A DNA stretch of 64,000 bases from the NCBI GenBank assembly GCA_041391245.1, contig JAWKOJ010000016.1:50607-114606 (forward strand). The letters are read 5' to 3'. The position numbers were made by a program, and so were the translations under genes. Positions within the stretch are counted from its first letter, which is position 1, and each line of letters begins with the position of its first letter. The stretch is from Caldilineales bacterium. GTDB taxonomy: Bacteria; Chloroflexota; Anaerolineae; JAAEKA01. Shown here piece by piece: positions 58,531 to 64,000 of this stretch. The notes under the pieces were generated by a model, which made no database searches, was not told the origin of the DNA, and saw nothing but the letters and a program-made list of their open reading frames with translations.

Positions 58531-59177
58531 TGAGCACGCGCGCCTACCACCTGCACGAACTTGAGATTGCCCGGTCGCAGGAGGACAGCCGGCGGGTGAT
58601 GCCCGAAATCCGTCCCCAGCACCGACGGGTGCTGGACCTTGGCTGCGGCGCCGGGCAGACGCTGATCGCCAGCGACCTGCCGGCCGGGACGTGGGCGGCA
58701 GGCGTGGACGTCGATTTCGACGCGCTGCTGCTGGGACAGGAATTGGCCGCGCCGCTGGCCTTCGTCAACGGGTTGGCCGAGGGGTTGCCCTTTGCCGACG
58801 CTGTGTTCGATCTGGTGATCGCGCGCGTGGTGCTGCCTTTCGTGCGCATCCGGCCCGCGCTGGCGGAGATCGGGCGTGTGCTGCGGCCGGGCGGCGACCT
58901 GTGGATGCTGGTGCATCCGCCGCGGCGCGCCTGGCGCAGCCTGCGGGCCGCGGCGGGCGCGCGCAACGGGCAGGGCGCGCTGCACCAGGGATATGTGCTT
59001 GCTAACGGTGCCTTGTTTCATCTCATCGGCGAGGTCGCGCCATCGCCTGCCAGCGGCCGCTACGAGTCGTTCCAGACTGCCCACGCCATGATCCGCGAGC
59101 TGCGGAGGGTGCGGCTGAACGATGTGATCGTGGTGCGCGCCAGACATCACACCGTGATGACCGCAGTGAAGCGGTAG
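58530..59177 (+). CDS. Class I SAM-dependent methyltransferase
   Basis: VLDLGCGAGQT and PFADAVFDLVIARVVL. The start overlaps the sbcC stop (TGATG). Confidence 0.8.
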   Translation: MSTRAYHLHELEIARSQEDSRRVMPEIRPQHRRVLDLGCGAGQTLIASDLPAGTWAAGVDVDFDALLLGQELAAPLAFVNGLAEGLPFADAVFDLVIARVVLPFVRIRPALAEIGRVLRPGGDLWMLVHPPRRAWRSLRAAAGARNGQGALHQGYVLANGALFHLIGEVAPSPASGRYESFQTAHAMIRELRRVRLNDVIVVRARHHTVMTAVKR

Positions 59178-59228
59178 TACGGCTTCCCACGATGCAGCTA
59201 CCTCCGCAAGCGTACGCCGCCCTATTCT

Positions 59229-59510
59229 CGCGGAGTGCGCATCCTCAGATGCGCACGGGTGAGGTCAAGCGAAGCACCGCACACCGGCGGCGAGTCGCGT
59301 GACCGGGCCATTTGCATTTGAGAATGCGAACTCCACAACGTGAGGCCACCACTGCCGCGGAGTGCGCATCCTCAGATGCGCACGGGTGAGGTCAGCGAAG
59401 CACCGCACACCGGCGGCGAGTCGCGACCGGGCCATTCGCATTTGAGAATGCGAACTCCACGACGCGAATAGCCACACCGCGAGTGCGCATCCTCAGATGC
59501 GCACGGGCGC
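59229..59510 (+). repeat. Tandem repeat, 2.3 copies of a 122-127-nt unit containing two strong hairpins
   Basis: Unit starts at 59229, 59356 and 59478. Hairpins GTGCGCATC-CTCA-GATGCGCAC and TTCGCATT-TGAG-AATGCGAA. GGAGT...ACTCC could close each unit. A diverged inverted relative lies at about 36409-36489. Confidence 0.8.
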
Positions 59511-59543
59511 ATGGTTCTTCTCGAATCACGCTGAGAACTGACT

Positions 59544-60695
59544 TTGAAGGCTTTCCTCCTAACACATGGCAAATACCTGGCCGTCGTCGTGCTCGCGGCG
59601 GCGGTCATGCTCTGGCTGTGGGGACAGATCAACTGGCACATCCTGCCCTTCAGCGAGTGGGACGGATGGCACTACCGCAAAATCGCCGAGGCTGCGCCGG
59701 CTCTGTCGGCCGAAGCGAGGGAGCCCTTCCGCTTCCGGCTGCTGGGACCGTGGACAATCGGGGTTCTCTTCGACAACTACATCGCGGGGTTTACGCTGGC
59801 CAACTATGTCGCCAGTCTTGGGCTGGTCGTCGCCCTGTATTTCTTCCTCTGCTACGTCGGGATCAGCCGGCCGGTCGCGACCTACACCTCGGTGCTGTTC
59901 ACGTTCAACACCTACCTGTTCGGGGTCACGGTCTGGTACATCTTCCACATCAACGATTTTCTGGCGTTGTTGCTGTTGCTGCTGGGGTTCTGGGCGATGA
60001 TGGAGCGACGCTGGGCGGTGTTTGCCGTCGCACTGTTTCTCGGCGCGCTGGCCAGGGAGACGTGGTTGCTGCTGCCGCCAACCGCGCTGGTGTTGCTGTG
60101 GGAAAGAGGTGCGCTGCGCGGCAATGTGCTGAAGCTGGTGCTTGCTGTCCTGCCGGCCATCGCGGTGACGGTCGTCCTGCGTCTCACCATGTCGCTGGTC
60201 CTTCCGGGCAACCTGGAGCCGATGCAGGCGTTCATCCGGTTTGCGCCCAAGGTGTTGGCGCCGGAGTTCTGGGCGCGGCAGTTCGGCAACACGCTCAAGC
60301 CGGTGACGTTCCTGCCCCTGATCTTCCTGGGCACGACGTTGGCCTTCTTGCGCGCCAATAAATTCATGGCGGTGTTTGTCTTGCTGACTCTGGTCAGCAC
60401 GTTGTTTGGATCGGGCAACGAGCGGCTGATGGCGCCGGCCTTCGTGGCGTTCTACTGGCTGCTGGCGCTGATCTTCCAGCGCGACTTGTGGTCCAGCAAA
60501 TGGATGCTGGGCCTGGTTGCGGTGGCCTGCTTCGTGGCGAGTCTGCACTACCAGCAGGCTCGTTTCCCCCTGCCCAGCCGCGAGCTGACCGTGATCCTCG
60601 GCGGGCTGGCGTGGCTGGTGGTGACGGGCGCCGCGGTGGTGTACCGGCTGCGGCACTGGCGGGGCGGCGGCGAGATCAGCACAACAGCCGGATAG
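59544..60695 (+). CDS. Polytopic membrane protein, GT-C-type glycosyltransferase-like (PIG-V/DUF2029-like)
   Basis: About 10 hydrophobic helices. WDGWHYRKIAE resembles the conserved loop of GT-C mannosyltransferase-like families. Start uncertain: TTG 59544 or ATG 59607. Confidence 0.55.
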   Translation: MKAFLLTHGKYLAVVVLAAAVMLWLWGQINWHILPFSEWDGWHYRKIAEAAPALSAEAREPFRFRLLGPWTIGVLFDNYIAGFTLANYVASLGLVVALYFFLCYVGISRPVATYTSVLFTFNTYLFGVTVWYIFHINDFLALLLLLLGFWAMMERRWAVFAVALFLGALARETWLLLPPTALVLLWERGALRGNVLKLVLAVLPAIAVTVVLRLTMSLVLPGNLEPMQAFIRFAPKVLAPEFWARQFGNTLKPVTFLPLIFLGTTLAFLRANKFMAVFVLLTLVSTLFGSGNERLMAPAFVAFYWLLALIFQRDLWSSKWMLGLVAVACFVASLHYQQARFPLPSRELTVILGGLAWLVVTGAAVVYRLRHWRGGGEISTTAG

Positions 60696-60702
60696 CGCTC
60701 CC

Positions 60703-61629
60703 ATGCATCCCCTGTCACCCTTCACATCGACCAATCTGGTGATGACGTTTCACAGCGTGCCGTCAGGCGCGTGGTTCCGGCGCGCGCTGGAGACGATCGG
60801 GCGCTGGCACCGCCTGGTCGAGGTTGAGGAGGTGCGTGACTACTTCACAACTGGGCGACGCTTCAACAGCGGCTGCCTGGTGACCTTTGACGACGGGGAG
60901 CGCAGCTTCGCGGATGAGGCGCTGCCTGTTTTGGAGGCGATGGGCGTTTCGGCGGTTCTGTTCGTATCCCCCGGGGTTCTGAGCAGCGGCGGCAACTACT
61001 GGTTTCAGGATCTGCGCACCCTGCGCGCCCTGGTCGGCGACGATGCAATCCGGCGAGCCGCGGCAGGGCAGTTTGGGGGTGCGTCAGAAGGGCACAGCGT
61101 TTCGGCGCTGCTTAAATCGCTGCGGCTGGAGGAGATCAGACGGCTGCTGGACGACATTGCCGCGCAGAACCATGTTTCGTTCGATCAGCGCTGGAATCTG
61201 ACTCTGGGCGAGGTCGCCCGGCTGGATCGCCATCCGCTGGTAACCATCGGGGCGCACTCGATGCACCATCCAATCCTTGCTAACGAGACGGACGAAACTG
61301 CCCGGCACGAGATCGCGGAATCGGTCAGCGCGCTGCAATCGCTGCTGGGCCGGCCGGTGGACCTTTTCGCGTATCCTAACGGCGCGCACGGGTTGGACTT
61401 CGGACCACGCGAACAGAGCCTGTTACGCGAATGCGGCGTCCGGCTGGCCTTTGTCACCGACACCGGGTTCTTTGATGGGCGAACGGATCCGCTGGCGATC
61501 CCCCGAGCGGCGCTGGGTGGCCACGAAAGCATGCGCTCGATCCAGGCGCGACTGGCGGCTGTGCCGGTATGGGATCGACTGCGGACGGGACGGGAACGGG
61601 GCGAGCGTCAGGCGCTGCGTCGAACTTGA
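60703..61629 (+). CDS. Polysaccharide deacetylase (NodB homology domain)
   Basis: VTFDDGERSF, GAHSMHHP, FAYPNG. Confidence 0.85.
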   Translation: MHPLSPFTSTNLVMTFHSVPSGAWFRRALETIGRWHRLVEVEEVRDYFTTGRRFNSGCLVTFDDGERSFADEALPVLEAMGVSAVLFVSPGVLSSGGNYWFQDLRTLRALVGDDAIRRAAAGQFGGASEGHSVSALLKSLRLEEIRRLLDDIAAQNHVSFDQRWNLTLGEVARLDRHPLVTIGAHSMHHPILANETDETARHEIAESVSALQSLLGRPVDLFAYPNGAHGLDFGPREQSLLRECGVRLAFVTDTGFFDGRTDPLAIPRAALGGHESMRSIQARLAAVPVWDRLRTGRERGERQALRRT

Positions 61630-61652
61630 TGCGCGCCAGCCATGCGCCACAT

Positions 61653-62573
61653 TCAGCTCTGAGGCGGCGAGAAGAGTCTGGCGCAAAACTCCGCGATCGC
61701 GTTCACCGCTTGCCTGGTCTCAGGCAAGAATGAAATCAGTTGGAAGACGTGAAACATCTCGGCCCACACCTGCAACGTGACGTCAACCCCGGCTATCCTG
61801 GCCCGTTCAGCCAGGCGGATGGCATCGTCCAGCAGGATTTCATCGGTTCCCACCTGAATCAACAGCGGGGGCAGGCCCGTCATGTCGGCAAACACTGGCG
61901 AGAGCAGCGGCGTGGCCAGAGGCTGGTCGGCGGCGTAGCAGCGGGCGTACATCCGCAGGCTATCCGGGTCGAGAATCGGGTCGAGTTCGGCCTGGCTCTG
62001 CACCGATGCGCCGCTCAAAGTCAGATCTGCCCACGGTGAGATGCAAACGGCTCCGGCGGGAAGATGCTCCCCGGCGTCGCGCAGGGCCAGCAGCGCGGCA
62101 ACTGCCAGCCCGCCTCCGGCAGAATCGCCGGCAAGCACGATATCGGAGGACCGAACACCCTGGTCGAGCAGCCAGCGGTAGGCCGCGAGCGTGTCTTCGA
62201 GGGCGCAGGGAAACGGGTGTTCAGGAGCCAGGCGGTAGTTGATCGCCAGCGCGCGTGTGCCGGTTGCCTTGGCCAGCCGGGCGATCCATTCTCGGTGGCC
62301 GTCGACAGACCCCAGTACATACGCGCCGCCATGCAGGTACAGGATCACGCCCGCGCCCGCGGCTGGCCCTTCCACCCACTCGGCTGCCACGCCATTCGCC
62401 AGGACGTTGCGGCACTTGACGCCGGCCGGCAGCCTCATCAGGCGGGTAGATCTTTCCTGGCGCGCCCGCTGCTCCTCAATCGACCCCTGCGACCAGCCGG
62501 AGAACTGCCGTCGGAGCAATCGTTTGACCAACCCGGAGACCAAGCTCACCTGATGTCCTTTTGGTGCATTCAA
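61653..62573 (-). CDS. Alpha/beta hydrolase, HSL-type esterase/lipase
   Basis: LHGGAY (HGG box) and GDSAGG nucleophile elbow. Confidence 0.85.
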   Translation of the reverse strand: MNAPKGHQVSLVSGLVKRLLRRQFSGWSQGSIEEQRARQERSTRLMRLPAGVKCRNVLANGVAAEWVEGPAAGAGVILYLHGGAYVLGSVDGHREWIARLAKATGTRALAINYRLAPEHPFPCALEDTLAAYRWLLDQGVRSSDIVLAGDSAGGGLAVAALLALRDAGEHLPAGAVCISPWADLTLSGASVQSQAELDPILDPDSLRMYARCYAADQPLATPLLSPVFADMTGLPPLLIQVGTDEILLDDAIRLAERARIAGVDVTLQVWAEMFHVFQLISFLPETRQAVNAIAEFCARLFSPPQS

Positions 62574-62591
62574 AAGAGGTTGAGATCGTTC

Positions 62592-62612
62592 GTAGTTGGC
62601 GCTTCAGCGCCG
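62592..62612. repeat. REP-like element copy (GTAGTTGGCGCTTCAGCGCCG)
   Basis: Differs at one position from the 49843 arm. Intergenic, between two hydrolase genes. Confidence 0.5.
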
Positions 62613-62688
62613 CCGTTGCACTGAGGAGAGTGCTGCGCACCAACCCATATTGAACACGCCCATGTCCTTTTTCAATGGCCGGCTGTGC

Positions 62689-63444
62689 TCAGCGCGCTGC
62701 TGACACAGTTTCCAGGAGACCCAGGGTCGATTGAACGATCTGCTGCTGTTGGGAAAGGCGGTCAAGGGTTGCGTGATGTTCGTCCGGGTTGATCTTGTAC
62801 GAACCAAATTGATGGTGGTCACCGCCATCGATGCGAACGATCGAAGCATCCGGCGGCAGCAAAGGCAGGCGTTTCGTGACGCTGGCGTCGTTTACCCTGG
62901 GATCGAGGCTTCCGTAGATCAGGAGCGCGGGCAAAGCATCGCCGGACAGGTTGGCATTGTCCGCTGGATAGGAAGCCCAGATCGCCAGGCCGTCCACCGT
63001 CTCCGCGTGGGCGCCCGCGTACTGGGCAGCCATCGTGCCGCCCACCGAATGGCCGCCGATCACCCAGTGGGAGACCTCCGGATGCGCTGCAATGATATCA
63101 TCGGCTGTGTTGGGGCGAAAGACGGCCATATTCAGCGGCATCTCGGGGACTACCACCAGATAGCCTGCCTCCGCGATCGCCCGCATGAGCGGCGCATAGC
63201 CGCGCGGATCGATTCGTCCGCCGGGGTAGAAGATGAAACCGGCAGAGGGGGTTACATGGGCCGGTGTGAACGTCAGCCAGGGGTCCTGCGTCATCTGAAC
63301 CACGTCGTCGCTGGCGAGGGCTTCAACTGCTTCGGGCAGGGGTGGTCTGGCGTAAGTGGCCCAGCGAACCGCAAAAAAGCCGATCACTACGACCAGCAGG
63401 AGTACCGCGAGTAAGACAATCTGTTTTCTTGAGAGAGAACGCAA
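62689..63444 (-). CDS. Membrane-anchored alpha/beta hydrolase
   Basis: N-terminal TM helix and GGHSVGG nucleophile elbow. Confidence 0.75.
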   Translation of the reverse strand: MRSLSRKQIVLLAVLLLVVVIGFFAVRWATYARPPLPEAVEALASDDVVQMTQDPWLTFTPAHVTPSAGFIFYPGGRIDPRGYAPLMRAIAEAGYLVVVPEMPLNMAVFRPNTADDIIAAHPEVSHWVIGGHSVGGTMAAQYAGAHAETVDGLAIWASYPADNANLSGDALPALLIYGSLDPRVNDASVTKRLPLLPPDASIVRIDGGDHHQFGSYKINPDEHHATLDRLSQQQQIVQSTLGLLETVSAAR

Positions 63445-63462
63445 GGGCTATCCTCTTTGCTA

Positions 63463-63945
63463 TCACGCGATGGATTTGTGGTACTCGTCGAACTGGCGCA
63501 CGCGGCGCATGCCCACTCGCTCGTAGAGGCGATAGGCGGTCTCGTTGGCAGCCTCGACGCCCAGCGCAACCCGCATCTTGCCCCGCCGGTAGAACTCACC
63601 GAACACGTGTCGCAGCAGCATCGAACCGATGCCACGCCGGCGCCAGGTGTCAGCCACGGCCAGGTGACGTACCCAACCATACGGGTCGTAATCGTAGCAC
63701 ACAGCTGTCCCAATCAGCTCCCCCTGCGAATACAGCAGAAACCACAGATCCGGCCTGAAATGGTCGGGGCGCATCATGTAGTCGCGCCATTCCCCGAACG
63801 GCTGCGGCGTCCGTCCGGGCCGGGCGAACGCTTCCTCGATGAAATGAAACACAGCCTCATCGTCCTCGCCGGGGCGAACGGTGCGCAGCGCGCAGCCATC
63901 GGGCCAGACCGGCTTGGCCGGCGGGCCGGTCATGTCGATCTGCAT
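63463..63945 (-). CDS. GNAT-family N-acetyltransferase (may extend upstream beyond the listed start towards the window edge)
   Basis: Acetyl-CoA motif WRRRGIGSMLLRHV. Confidence 0.75.
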   Translation of the reverse strand: MQIDMTGPPAKPVWPDGCALRTVRPGEDDEAVFHFIEEAFARPGRTPQPFGEWRDYMMRPDHFRPDLWFLLYSQGELIGTAVCYDYDPYGWVRHLAVADTWRRRGIGSMLLRHVFGEFYRRGKMRVALGVEAANETAYRLYERVGMRRVRQFDEYHKSIA

Positions 63946-64000
63946 GCGAAAGTGATACTTCTCCGGCGCGAACCCTGCCTCGCTCAGCGCGTCGCGGCCA

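Noticed and set aside
51409-59177. Dnd/Ssp-like phosphorothioation or other defence island (PLP desulfhydrase-family enzyme, methylase-like protein, SMC-like ATPase, methyltransferase).
   Set aside because: The PLP enzyme belongs to the ACC-deaminase/D-Cys desulfhydrase fold, not an IscS/DndA-type desulfurase. The ATPase has the SbcC zinc hook. The genes are on different strands with an unrelated epimerase between them, and no DndC/E, SspB/D or restriction components are present.
59229-59510. Possible CRISPR array (repeated ~38-nt palindromic segment GGAGTGCGCATCCTCAGATGCGCACGGGTGAGGTCA).
   Set aside because: The sequences between the palindromic segments are themselves repeated almost identically. 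This is therefore a tandem duplication of a ~125-nt unit, not repeats separated by unique spacers. No cas genes are present.

Overview
High-GC (about 65% by hand counts) bacterial chromosomal window. Gene content is reminiscent of filamentous Chloroflexota-type genomes, but the taxon cannot be verified here. I see about 50 protein-coding genes and no rRNA, tRNA or CRISPR array. Blocks: (1) 1.0-18.1 kb, a cyclic-nucleotide signalling island. Two paralogous Crp/Fnr regulators each sit beside small leader-peptide-like ORFs. Between them lie an M50 membrane protease with a PqqD/RRE-like N-terminus, two tandem frameshift-riddled cyclase-nSTAND-WD40 genes, and a cyclase-AAA-TPR protein fused to a family-5 solute-binding domain. 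(2) 19.3-24.9 kb, a large ATPase-TPR-wHTH-BTAD (SARP-like) regulator and a promoter with three 11-bp-phased direct repeats. This is followed by an operon for a 48-aa membrane peptide, a DUF5317-like membrane protein, a fourth leader-like small protein and an orphan histidine kinase. (3) A triple-LysM secreted protein and an RmlC-like cupin. (4) 26.9-35.1 kb, hdrCBA-mvhDGA (group 3c-type NiFe hydrogenase with heterodisulfide reductase), a maturation protease and a stand-alone cNMP-binding protein. (5) A PD40 beta-propeller protein and a minus-strand envelope operon that starts with a SelW/Rdx-like selenoprotein gene missing from the ORF track (in-frame TGA plus SECIS-like hairpin). (6) A DUF2207 / Zn-ribbon / SPFH cluster and an IS630 transposase remnant. 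(7) Housekeeping and envelope genes: transglutaminase, M16 peptidase, MBL hydrolase, D-Cys desulfhydrase family, a methylase-like Zn-ribbon protein, epimerase, sbcC, methyltransferase, GT-C-like membrane protein, deacetylase, hydrolases and GNAT. Cross-cutting signals: phased heptamer/octamer tandem arrays in inverted pairs abutting start codons, REP-like palindromes, and a 122-127-nt tandem structured repeat. Isolated frameshifts also occur in several conserved genes, so pseudogene calls need read-level verification.
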